A stretch of 64,000 nt of DNA from Rhizophagus irregularis (Eukaryota), in assembly GCF_026210795.1 (NCBI RefSeq), contig NC_089431.1, positions 186,001 through 250,000 on the forward strand, in the 5' to 3' direction. Made by a program: the position numbers and the translations under genes. A model generated the notes under the pieces. The model did no database searches, was not told the DNA's origin, and saw nothing but the letters and a program-made list of their open reading frames with translations. Shown here piece after piece: positions 27,796 through 39,159 of the stretch (its first letter is position 1; each line of letters opens with the position of its first letter).

Positions 27796-30700
27796 ATGGA
27801 ATGGTACCATCAATGGGAAAGTGAATATAGAACACATAAGGAGGAACACGAACTAGGAACAGAAGAATTGGACGAATGTTTAAATTGTGAATTGTGTCAT
27901 CTGATAGTAAATGAACCAATAGTATTCAAGAAATTTTGGGACGCATTATTTAAATTTGAAGATGCAATAATAATATATAATGATGTAACAATTAAAGGAT
28001 TATTGGATTTATTAAGTATGGATAATTCAGAAAGAGAAGATACAATACATAAGGGGAAATGTAGAGACATAATGGATAGAATAACGGAATCAATAAGATA
28101 TAGGATACAGCCGAAAATAAAAGAGAAAGGATTACGAACAATCATATTAGTGATTGTGAGGGATTGTATTGAAAGAAATCTGGGGAATGAAGTATTTGAT
28201 AGATTGATTGGAAATCCTGAATTGATAGAACACAAATATATTTTAGAAGATTGGGATGTTGAAAGAAGGTTTGAGAAATTTTGGCAATGGTATAGAATCA
28301 CATCGAAAGAAGTTGGACCATTACGAGTAAAGATGGGAGCAATGAAGACATTTAGGGAATTACTATATGAAGAAGAAGGAATAGCTACGAACGAGGAGAA
28401 AGTAAAGGAATTAATGTCCAATATGGAATACGAGAACATAAATATAGAAAATGTTCATGAATATCACAGGAATATGGTACAAAAGATAATAAGGATATTT
28501 ATAGATACTAGGGGTTTTACAAAAGAACCAGAAGATTCAGAAAGTGAAGATAGTCCGGCAAGTTATGAATTAGAAAATAGTTCTGAGGAAGAATTAGAGA
28601 TAATAATAGGGGACAAATCATGGAAATTTAGTGAATTAAAAAGAAGGACAAGCTCTATAGACGAAGATCAATTGAGATACATTTGGAAGATAGGAATAAA
28701 GTTGATGATAGAAATGGATATATTGGTAACGAAAACATTTATAGATAAAGTTCAGGAGATAGAGGAAATCGACGAAAGGGAAAAAGAATTGAAGATAAGA
28801 GAATGGTTAGAAAAAGAAACAGTAATATGTAAAAGATGCGGTAATAGAAGGTTCGAAATGGACAAAACAGATAATGAATGTGGGGAATGTATTAAAGAAA
28901 TGCAGAAAGATGAACAAGATGAGTTAGCAGAATTAAAAGATGAGATAGAAAAGCTAGGATATGAAATAGATGTATCAGAAATTCAAAGAATGAAGAGTTT
29001 TGGGGTAAATAATCGAATATTAATAACAGAAGAATTTATAATGGAATATATGGGAATAATAGAATTGGAAGATAAAGAATTAAGAAGAGAAATTCATAAG
29101 TGGTTAAATGAGAATACAACTTGGTGCGAAAGGTGCGAAATAAGATGGATGAATAATATGTTTAGATTTGGAGGAACTGTATGCAAAGATTGTGAAGAAG
29201 AAGATGTTGATGAAATTGATGATCGGGTAAAAAGATTGCAGAAGATTTTTGAAGATATCGGAACAATAGTAACTGAAGAAGAATTGTTAAGATTAACCAG
29301 TATGGGATATACAGATGGAGAAATTTTAGATAAAGAATTCATTGAAATCTTTCAAGAAAATAAGAATGAGTCGGAAGAAGAATTGAAGAAAAAGTTAGAT
29401 AAGTTGTTGAAAGAACAAGCAGGAATAATAGATAGTGAAGAAAGTGGTGAAAAGAGTGATAATGAAGAATCAGAAGAAGATAATACAGATGATTCAGAAA
29501 AGACTGGAGAAATATTAAGTCCGGATGAAATATGGGATGAAAATATTGAAAATTTTAATGAAGAAGAATTTGAAGATGAAATTGAAAATGTTATAAATAG
29601 AGGAGATATCGACTTAAGTCAAAACTCAGATACGAATAGTTCATTAAATATTAAAAATTCTGACAACGAAAGTGAATTATCTGATTACAATTTACAAGAT
29701 TTATTTCAAGAAAATATGGCAACCGAGAATCAAGTAAAGAGATTAATAGAGAATGCTTTAGGTTATCCAGCTAATACTTTGAATGCAGCAGTGGGAGCAG
29801 GAGCAAGTTTGATAGATAGGATTGAAAATGCAGGGAATGAAGCAGGAGGAATGGTTAGTGTACCACTCTTTTATAGAAAAGAAGACGAAGATGTTAACGA
29901 TTGGGTTAGACAATTTGAGGTAGCATTTACAGCAGTCGGAAAAGCAGCAGGAGCTAATGGTGTAAGACAAGCGGCATACGCAGCAGCACATTTAAGAGGG
30001 GCAGCATCACAATGGTATAATGAAATGAAAGAAGTAAATGCAGGTAACTTAGTGAATTGGGCGGATGCAGATAATGATAATGATTTAAAGCATAGAATAA
30101 AAAGGAGATTTACTAGAGAGGATGTCAGAAGAAAGAAAATGCAAGAATTAAGAAAAATTTGACAAGGGAAAAATGAAAATGTTGAGGAATACACAGGAAG
30201 ATTTAGACAAATATTAAGGATAGCAACTAGAGAACATGCCTTAGCAGATGATTGTCAAGTAGATTATTATATTGATGGATTGGAACCAGCAATAGGGTAT
30301 CAAATTAGAAGACAGAATCCGGGGAACTTAAATGGGGCAATAGAAATGGCAGAAAGAGAAGAAAGTGCAAGGGACGAATTTTATAGGAAAACAATAGGTT
30401 TACCAGTTAGTACAAAGATAGACATCGGAAGAGATGATAATAGACAAAATATGTTCACAAAACCATTGAACGAAAATTATGAGGATGAATTAGTCAAAGC
30501 GTTTGAGGAAAAGGCAAGAATTAGTAAATTAGAAGGACTGGTATCAAATATAGAGAGAAGATTAAATAACGATAATAATAGGTATCGATCAAATATGGGA
30601 AGGAGATTAAATGATGGTAATAGGAATAGTTATCAATCAAATCAAAAAAGGGTACCGACATGCTATACATGTGGTAGAGTCGGTCATTATTCAGGAGAGT

Positions 30701-31437
30701 GTCTAGAGAAAAGAAGGAATGCGAGAATAAATATGATGGACGAATATGATGATCAAGAAGAATATGATTATGATGGATATGAATATGGGGAACCACAATA
30801 CGGTGAAATGTATTATACACAAGGTCATTACGATGATTATGAAGATAGGGAATTAAATTACCATAATGAATTGTACGCGAAAGATAACTCAGTAAAAACA
30901 AGAAGACAAACAAGAAGGACGAATCCAGTAGTGGGATATAAAAATAATGATGAAGAAGGAAATTTACAAGAAGAATTAAGAGAAGCGGGAAATAGAATGG
31001 ATGATAGAGAAATACTAAGTGGAACAACAACACCAAGATATACGCCCGAAAGGACAGAACAAAATAATGTATACAAAGATAGTCAAAATTGGGATAATCC
31101 AATAGGACCAGAAGATTATAATTATGGTCGTCGACCCATGACAAAAGATGGAAGATTTTATAGACCAATGTTCACAAAAGAAGGCAAAGCATTTTACCCT
31201 GGAATGCGGCAAGATGAATTTGGAAATTGGGTTAGAACAAAGCCACCAGGGACAGGAAAGCCCAGAGAATATGGACCGAGATTAACTGATGGAATACCAC
31301 CTTACAACATTGTGGGAGACGTGAAAAATTGTAGAGCGAATATAACATTTGGACAATTAACAAATGAGAATACTAAGTATCACAAGCAATTGAGAGAAGG
31401 AACATATAGACCAAGAAGTATAAACGAGAAAAATTGA
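27796..31437 (+). pseudogene. gag: Gag with ~640-aa N-terminal extension; one premature TGA at 30160-30162
   Basis: Capsid-like motifs from ~29716 (EDVNDWVRQFE, LRGAASQWY, I*QGKNENVEEY); zinc knuckle CYTCGRVGHYSGEC at 30661-30702; frame stays open after the TGA, which is probably a mutated CGA. Confidence 0.88.
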
Positions 31438-31950
31438 CTACACTCGGTGGGAACTATGAAAAATGAGGAAAAAAGAACTACAGCAATGAGAACGGAATTA
31501 GAAGTTGAAGATCAATTAGTGAATGTAATAATAGATACTGGAGCAGCAGTAAGTGTGATAACAGATAAATTAAGAAGAAGATTGAATATACCTATATTTG
31601 GAAAAAGTAAATTTAGATGTACAATAGCAAATGGGCAAAAGATAGCAGCATTAGGAAAGGCAAATATAACTTTAAGATACAAAGATGAATTAGAGATACT
31701 GAAAGAAGTTGAAGTAATCGATTCAGAAGAAGAGGATCTAATTTTGGGAAATGACATATGGAAGTTGTATAATGCAAAAATAAATTTTGAAGATCATACC
31801 TTAAGAATAGAAGAACAGGGAGAAATAATAACGATTCCAGTAGGATACGAAAGGGAAGTAGCATATGAAAGTGAGGAGAGTGAGGACGATGAAGAATATG
31901 AAAGTAACGATGAAGGAGAAGTATTCAAAATGCACCAGAATTTTAAATAG
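31438..31950 (+). CDS. Retroviral-type aspartic protease, same frame as Gag
   Basis: IIDTGAAVSVI catalytic motif and DLILGND; directly follows the Gag TGA in frame. Confidence 0.9.
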   Translation, partial: LHSVGTMKNEEKRTTAMRTELEVEDQLVNVIIDTGAAVSVITDKLRRRLNIPIFGKSKFRCTIANGQKIAALGKANITLRYKDELEILKEVEVIDSEEEDLILGNDIWKLYNAKINFEDHTLRIEEQGEIITIPVGYEREVAYESEESEDDEEYESNDEGEVFKMHQNFK

Positions 31951-31985
31951 AGAGTCTTGGCTCTGAAGAGAGAGAGACGGAAAAG

Positions 31986-34067
31986 ATGCTTGAACCAAGT
32001 GAAAAATTTATGCAAAAACTAAGTATAGGGGAGGTAGAAGAACCAATTTGGGAAAATATGGTAAAATTACTATTAGAATATCAAGATATTTTGGAATACG
32101 ATGAGGAAATAGAAGGAAGAACAAAAGCAGCGCAACATGAGATAAAAATAAAAGATGGGGTAGAACCAATAAAGCAAAGAAGATATAAAGAAACAGATGA
32201 GAAGGCAAAATTTATAAGCGAAGAAGTAGATAAATTGTTAAGACAGGGAAGGATAAGGAAATCAAAAAGTCCATGGAGTTCACCTGTTACATTAGCAGGA
32301 AAGAAAACAGGAAAATATAGATTTTGCATTGATTACAGGAAGTTAAATAAGATAACTATAATGGATAGTTTTCCTTTACCAAGAATGGATGAATTATTGG
32401 ACAAATATAGAAAAGCAAAATGGTTTTCAAGTATAGATCTAGCGGCAGGATTTAATCAAGTAGAAATGAAAGAAGAAGACAAAGAAAAGACAGCATTTGT
32501 ATGTTTGAAAGGATTATTTGAGTATAATGTAATGCCGTTCGGTTTAACGAATGCACCAGCAACATTTCAAAGATTAATGGATGAAATACTGGAAGAATAC
32601 ATAAACGATTTTGTGGTAGTATATATCGATGATATTATGATATATTCAGAAAATTTAAAAGATCATATGGAACATGTGGAAAAAGTATTAAAGAAGTTAC
32701 GGGAGAATAATTTGATAATAAAATTAAAGAAATGTAGATTTTTGGAAAGAAATATAGAATTTTTAGGACATATAGTAGGAAATGATGGATTAAGGCCAGA
32801 CGATAAAAAGATAGAAAAGATAAAAGAAATGAAGGCACCAACAACAGTGAAAGAAGTAAGATCATTTTTAGGACTTTGTTCATATTACAGAAAATTTGTG
32901 AAGAATTTTTCAAAGATAGTAAGACCAATAAGTGATTTGAGAAAGAAGGGAATACCTTTCATTTGGGGAAGAGAACAACAAGAAGCGTTTGAAAAATTGA
33001 AAGAAAAGTTAATACAATATCCAATATTGCGACATCCAGATTGGAAGAAAGAATTTTTATTAATAACAGATGCATCAGGAAAAGGATTAGGTGCAGTATT
33101 AAGTCAAAAAGATGAAAAGGGAAAAGAAGTAGTAATAGCATATGCAAGTAGAAGTTTATTACCAGCAGAAGAGAATTATCCGATAACAGAATTGGAATGT
33201 TTAGGAATAGTTTGGGGAATTCAACATTTTCATAAATATTTAATCGATAGAAAATTTAAAGTAATAACAGATCACAGTGCATTAAAAGGATTAATGAATG
33301 CAAAGATACCGAAAGGAAAGAGAGCAAGATGGGTAATGGAATTACAACAATATAATTTTGAAGTAATACATAGATCAGGAAAAGAAAACACGAACGCTGA
33401 CGCGTTAAGTAGGTTATTAAAGATAGTAGAAGACCAACCAGAAATAGTAATAATTGATGGAGTAGATGGATTAGGGAAAACAAGTATAGTACAAAATTTA
33501 ATTGAAGAATGGAAAAAGCAAGGATTAAAAGTAAGATTCAACACTTATAAAAGAAGGAGAAAAGATAAAGATGAATTTCACGAATCAAAGATGGAGACGG
33601 AATGGAAATTTAGAAAAGAAGTAGTGGAACAAATAAACAGAAGAATGTTAGAATATGATGAAGATACAGATATAATAATTTTAGACAAATCACCATATTG
33701 TGAATATTATTATCAAAAGACGAAAAGTTTTGACAGAGGGTTGATTACTCCACATGGAAATCATGAGATGAAAAAAGAAATATTCAGATTGAAAGAAACA
33801 ATAGATAAATCAATAGTGATATTTTTAGAAAAAGATGGCGACGTATGTTGGAAAAATTACATTGGAAGAGAAACAAAGAAAACGGAAAAATTATCATATC
33901 CAACATTAAAGAAGGATGAATATTTGGACATGGTTAGAATGTTTGAAGAAAATCAGGGCGTGTACAAAGATACTAAAAGATACAGTCGAGTAAAAGTTAA
34001 AAATGACAATAATAGTTGGAGAAAAGTATTTAAAGAGGTGGAGAAATGGAGAAGAGCACAGGACTAA
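31986..34067 (+). CDS. pol: Reverse transcriptase + RNase H + thymidylate/deoxynucleoside-kinase-like P-loop domain
   Basis: RT motifs SPWSSP, RFCIDYRKLN, MPFGLTNAPATFQ, YIDDI. RNase H motifs TDASGKGLGAVL, ELECLGI, TDHSAL, NADALSR. Then IIDGVDGLGKTS...IIILDKSPYCEYYY. Confidence 0.92.
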   Translation: MLEPSEKFMQKLSIGEVEEPIWENMVKLLLEYQDILEYDEEIEGRTKAAQHEIKIKDGVEPIKQRRYKETDEKAKFISEEVDKLLRQGRIRKSKSPWSSPVTLAGKKTGKYRFCIDYRKLNKITIMDSFPLPRMDELLDKYRKAKWFSSIDLAAGFNQVEMKEEDKEKTAFVCLKGLFEYNVMPFGLTNAPATFQRLMDEILEEYINDFVVVYIDDIMIYSENLKDHMEHVEKVLKKLRENNLIIKLKKCRFLERNIEFLGHIVGNDGLRPDDKKIEKIKEMKAPTTVKEVRSFLGLCSYYRKFVKNFSKIVRPISDLRKKGIPFIWGREQQEAFEKLKEKLIQYPILRHPDWKKEFLLITDASGKGLGAVLSQKDEKGKEVVIAYASRSLLPAEENYPITELECLGIVWGIQHFHKYLIDRKFKVITDHSALKGLMNAKIPKGKRARWVMELQQYNFEVIHRSGKENTNADALSRLLKIVEDQPEIVIIDGVDGLGKTSIVQNLIEEWKKQGLKVRFNTYKRRRKDKDEFHESKMETEWKFRKEVVEQINRRMLEYDEDTDIIILDKSPYCEYYYQKTKSFDRGLITPHGNHEMKKEIFRLKETIDKSIVIFLEKDGDVCWKNYIGRETKKTEKLSYPTLKKDEYLDMVRMFEENQGVYKDTKRYSRVKVKNDNNSWRKVFKEVEKWRRAQD

Positions 34068-34127
34068 AAATATAGAACACATAGCGAAAATAACAAATTT
34101 AGAAGTAGAATCAATTAGGGAAATATT

Positions 34128-35345
34128 ATGGAAGAAAATAATTACAAGAGAATAATTGACAATATCGAAAAGGAGAATAAATATGAATTGAAAGAGGGAA
34201 TTCTATATAGAGTAAAAGGATAAAACAAATTTAGAGTAATTAAGGATTATGAATACGAAGGATTGATGTACGTGATGCATGATAATGAATTATCAGGACA
34301 TTTTGGAGTAGAAGCGACATTAGATAGAATAAAAGAAAGTTATTGGTGGAAAAATATGAAAGAAGATGTAGAAGAATATGTAAAAACATGTTGGAATTGT
34401 CAAATGAGAGGAAAACCAAGAGGAAAGAACGAATTAATGCCGATAAAGATAAATGGACCATTCGAGATGATTGGGATAGATATAGTTGGACCACTAAAAG
34501 AGACAGAAAAGGGAAATAAGTACATTGTAGTAGCAATGGATTATTTTACAAAATGGCCCGAGGCCGCACCACTAAAAGAAGCTACAGCGAAAGAGGTAGT
34601 AGAATTTATCTGGAGGGACATAATTTGTAGACATGGGTGTCCAAAGAAAATAATTAGTGATAGAGGGACTCACTTTAACAATAGAATGATGGAAGAATTG
34701 GTAGAAAGGTGTGGAATAAATCATAGATTAAGTACACCATATAGGCCACAAACAAATGGTTTGGTCGAAAGATTCAATAAAACTTTATGTGAAGGATTAG
34801 CCAAATTAGGAGAAGAAAATTGGGATAAACATATACCATCTGTATTATTTGCATATAGAACAAAGAAGCAATCATCAACAAAGATTAAACCTTTTTATGC
34901 GACATACGGAAGGAGAGCAAAACTACCATTGGATAAAGACGAAAATAAAATAACATTAGCTGACAGAGTAAAAATATTAATTGAAGAGCTACCGGTAATA
35001 AGAAGGAAAATAAAAGAAAATGTGAAAGAAGCTCAAGAGAAACAAAAACAACAACACGACAAAAGGGGAATTAGAAAACCTAAATTTAAAATAGGAGAAA
35101 AAGTATTATTATATGAAGCATGGAGAGAGAAACAATGGTCAGGAAAATTGCAGAACAAATGGAAAGGACCATATTTAATTCACGAAGAATTTGGAAATGG
35201 AGCATATAAACTCAAAGAATTAGACGGAAGAATACTAAAAACACCACAAAATGGAGAATGGTTAAAGAGATTTTATGATCGAAGGGGATTTACACCAAAA
35301 ATAGTAATTAAAGGAAAAGAGGTATTCGATAAGACCCGAGTTTGA
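34128..35345 (+). pseudogene. Integrase (HHCC, DDE, GPY), with an in-frame TAA near 34221
   Basis: H-DNELSG-H...CWNC; GIDIVG; ISDRGTHF; NGLVERFN; WKGPY; same frame as the RT ORF; no chromodomain recognised. Confidence 0.92.
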
Positions 35346-35416
35346 TTCGATTAAAATTATTATGGATAAGACACGAGTTCGATTCTATTAAAGTTATTTG
35401 TGAGGTCACAAATAGC

Positions 35417-35430
35417 GAAGAGGGGGATAA
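35417..35430 (+). promoter_or_regulatory. Polypurine tract
   Basis: GAAGAGGGGGATAA immediately before the 3' LTR. Confidence 0.85.
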
Positions 35431-36539
35431 TGTAAACGGTCGAATATCAAGCACGGAAAGATGATAAAATTCAACCACCAAATGTAATTATTAAATATTA
35501 AGAACGAACAAATTAATCGTGGATTGGCGTAGATGGATAAATAATTAGCCGAAAAGGATAAACATTTAGGAGGAGTAATGATCTACATGATGTAATATTT
35601 ATTGAATGATTGACAAGGAACCAATAGGATAAATAAAGTCGATCAATTGCGGCTTAGCAATCTTTAACAATAAGAACGATAAGAAAGAATAATTATAAGC
35701 CACAAAAGATAGATTATAAGCAAAACACATAAAGCGAATTAAAAGAACATATAAAATAATGACAGAAAGATTAAAGAACACAAAGTAATGTAAAAGATAA
35801 TATAAAAAAATAGTATAAAGATGGAACGTAAAAGATAATATATTAAAAAGAACATATATAAAAAGATAGCATATTAAAAGATAGCATATTAAAAGATAGC
35901 GTATTTAAAATATAGATAGTATATTAGAAAGATAGTTCAAAGATAATATGTAAAAAGAACATAAAAGATAGTATATAGATAGAATAGAAAGTAGCATAAA
36001 AATTGTATATATAGAGAGCGGAATTCAAGGTAATTCCTTAGTTCTCATCCACAGAACTCAATAAAAATATAAGTTTTATTTTTTAATTATTTGTTAGTAA
36101 AGTTTAATGTTAATTAAAGGTAATAGGTTCGCCCTAAACTTTAATTAATGTTTGTTTAATTAATTTTAATTGAATAAATGGAAAGTTTAAGATGAATTAA
36201 ATATACACTTCTGGAAAGTAATAATTCGTAGCGAGAGCTATCGAAGTTTGAAATTAAAGGTAAAAGTGGATATAATTTGGGGAAAATTTAGAGAAGTTAA
36301 TTTTATTTTATATCGTTCGACATTTTATATTACTAACGCTATTTATTTTGTAAACCAAGAATGTTGTATATGTTGTTGTATATTGTTCGTTGATTATATT
36401 GTTTGTTAATTATGTTGTTGATTAATTGTTCGCTCGTTTAATTGTTCGTTCGTTCGTTTATTCATTCGTTCGACCATGGGAATGCCCGTTCGATGTGGCA
36501 ACTCTGTAATTTGATGACAGAGGGAATTGGGGGATCTCA
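35431..36539 (+). repeat. 3' LTR
   Basis: Matches the 5' LTR with about 7 substitutions seen by eye. Confidence 0.97.
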
Positions 36540-36598
36540 ACGATATGACGATATTGAACCCGCTTCGATTTTTTAAACGAATATTGAGTGAATATAAA

Positions 36599-38998
36599 AT
36601 GTCAAATAATAGCAATAATAAAAAAAACAATAAAAAAAATAACAAACAAAAGCAACAGAGGTTTCAAGAAGAAACACCTGACGAAGGATCTAATCGTCAA
36701 CGGGGAAGAACGGAAGAAGAAAGTAATCCGAATGAGACGAGTGACAAGACCAATAAGTCGACTAGCAAATCGTCACCCACCAAGTCAAACAAACAAAAGC
36801 AGCAAAGGTTTCAAGAAGAAACACCTGACGAAGGATCTAATCGTCAACGGGGAAGAACGGAAGAAGAAAGTAATCCGAATGAGACGAGTGACAAAACCAA
36901 TAAGTCGACTAGCAAATCGTCACCCACCAAGTCAAACAAACAAAAGCAGCAAAGGTTTCAAGAAGAAACACCGAGCGAAGGATCTAATCGTCAACGGGAA
37001 AGAGCGGAAGAAGAAAGTGATCCGAATAAGACGAGTGACAAAACCAATAAGTCGACTAGCAAATCGTCACTCACCAAGTCAAACAAATAAAAGCAGCAAA
37101 GGTTTCAAGAAGAAACACCTGACGAAGGATCTAATCGTCAACGGGGAAGAACAGAAGAAGAAAGTAATCCGAATGAGACGATTGACAAAACCAATAAGTC
37201 GACTAGCAAATCGTCACCCATCAAGTCGATCCTCAAATCTGCAAAGTCGACTAAGCCGACTCAAGAAGAGTCTGACGATGAGGTTATAGAAATTGAACCG
37301 CCAAATATTCCTAAAGGTAATTGAATTTTGGAAAATTGCTGATTGACATGTACGATAATTAATAATTTTTATAGATCAACAAGAGATGTTATCGGAAATG
37401 AAAAAATGATATGGGAATATTCGAATTCCACAAAAATTCGTATTAGTGGTTAAAGACGATCAAGGTAATGAAAGGATGATCGATGACGACGATACTGATT
37501 TAGAAGCAGGTACGATTTTGACTTCATTCATATAAATTCAGAATTATTCGTAAAAAAATATTACTATTAATAAAATTCTTTATTTAGAAAATCTAAAATT
37601 AAAGAAACAAATTGAAGAAGTACAAGTAGAGAATGCAAAGCTTCAACGCAAAAATAACCGATTATTCGACGAAAATCGTTTTTTGACTCGAATAAACGAG
37701 GCCTTTGCAGACGAGAATGACGATTTACGTGAAAGCTTAAACAGGTATTCGAGAATCCGTCTGCCTAAAGCCATTCATAGGCAGACGGATCTCGAACAGC
37801 CGGCAAAACGTCAAAAAAGAATTAAGACAAAAAAGTCCGAGCGATACGAAGAAGAATCGGAGGAAGAACGGTCTGGTTCTAACAATAATGATGAGTACGA
37901 CGAAAAAGAAGCTAGGGTATATTAATTTTATTTGTCTGATTCAGTTATTTAAAATTGCAGTATTGAGTAATTAAGTACCGGTTATCATTATTTGATTGTT
38001 ATATTTAGGCTGAAATGAAGTCTATTTTGAAAACCATCGATGAAACTCGAGGACTAGATTACAATAAAACGTTCAATAGCGCGAAAAATCTCAAGATTTG
38101 TCGTAAGCTAGTCCCTGAATTGCGTTCAGCCCTTGCTCCATGTTTTCCCGCTTCGAATAAGCAACTTACAAAATGGTTGGGTTGTCTCCACAAGTCTCGT
38201 CGTTCTCATCAAAGATTAATGGATAGGGGAAAAGCCGATGAAAATAAACACCGGGTGCACTCAAACAATCGAGTACACGACGTTAGTAATGATTTATAAT
38301 TATTATGCTAAATTTTATTCCGATTATGTATTGAATTTTATTCAAATTATAACGTATTTTAGAAGAAAATCCGCCGAATTAAGGCGGCAAAGAGATTATA
38401 TAGTTTTGACGATGAACGGATAACAAAATATGATAAGCGTAGATTACTAAAGATGTTATCCAATCGCTTATTTCATTCTCCAGAAATAAGCGAGACAGAC
38501 GAAGAAGACCCAACAAAGTCCATAATCGCTATTTACGACTATTCGTGGAGATCTGATGAGGTTAGAACTTCTGAATCTTGATTTTTCAGACGAATCGCTG
38601 GATTTAATTTTTATATTTTATTGTTTCTTCAGCTTAAAAATTTGCTACGAAATGTACTCGATGTACACTCGTCAAATAAGTCGAAATTAATACGCGAACG
38701 TAGATACAATGACGAGGTACAAAAATACGACCGACCACATCCGTCGAATGCTCCCGAATGGTCTTATATCGTACAACAACAAGATTTAATATTCGATACT
38801 GATATCGATCAGGGTTTAATCACTGAATATGATGAAGAAGAAGAAGAAGTTAGTAGAGGGACAACACCAGCAACTGGCAACACCACCGAAAATGATGAAG
38901 ACCATAACAAGGAAGCAGAAGAAAAACCATCAAAATCAACGGTCGGCGACAATCATAATAATTCAGATTCTGATTTACATATGGACGACGCGCAATGA
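36599..38998 (+). pseudogene. CACTA accessory gene (multi-exon, divergent from the transposase) with four 49-aa repeats and premature stops
   Basis: ATG at 36599; 147-nt repeat x4 (36641-~37226) with CAA>TAA at 37088; GT-AG introns; coiled-coil exon; HSPEISETDEE...YSWRSDELKNLL resembles motifs in CMC accessory proteins; acidic tail. Confidence 0.65.
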
Positions 38999-39159
38999 AC
39001 GAATCTGAATTAATTTGGTAGAAAACTTTCTTTTTTTTGTCAAAAATCTATATATATATGTAATTAATATTCCAAATTATTAGTATTAGAATTTTCCATA
39101 ATTCAAAATAAATTTGTCTTAATTCAGAAAAAAATTAATTACAATTCGAAATAAATTTA

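Larger units (their letters stand above)
25054..36539 (+). mobile_element. Full-length Ty3/gypsy LTR retrotransposon
   Basis: Two 1109-bp LTRs (TG...CA), 4-bp TSD ACGA (25050-25053, 36540-36543), PBS, PPT, domain order Gag-PR-RT-RH-(kinase)-IN. Confidence 0.97.

Noticed and set aside
33438..34067. Claim that the kinase-like domain came by horizontal transfer from a virus or endobacterium
   Set aside because: Composition matches the element, and origin cannot be judged without a phylogeny.
27897..34536. Many - strand ORFs over the gypsy element
   Set aside because: Shadow ORFs caused by the extreme purine bias of the + strand; no recognisable motifs.
35346..35430. env-like or chromodomain coding region after integrase
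   Set aside because: Only ~85 bp separate the integrase stop from the 3' LTR; no such motifs seen.
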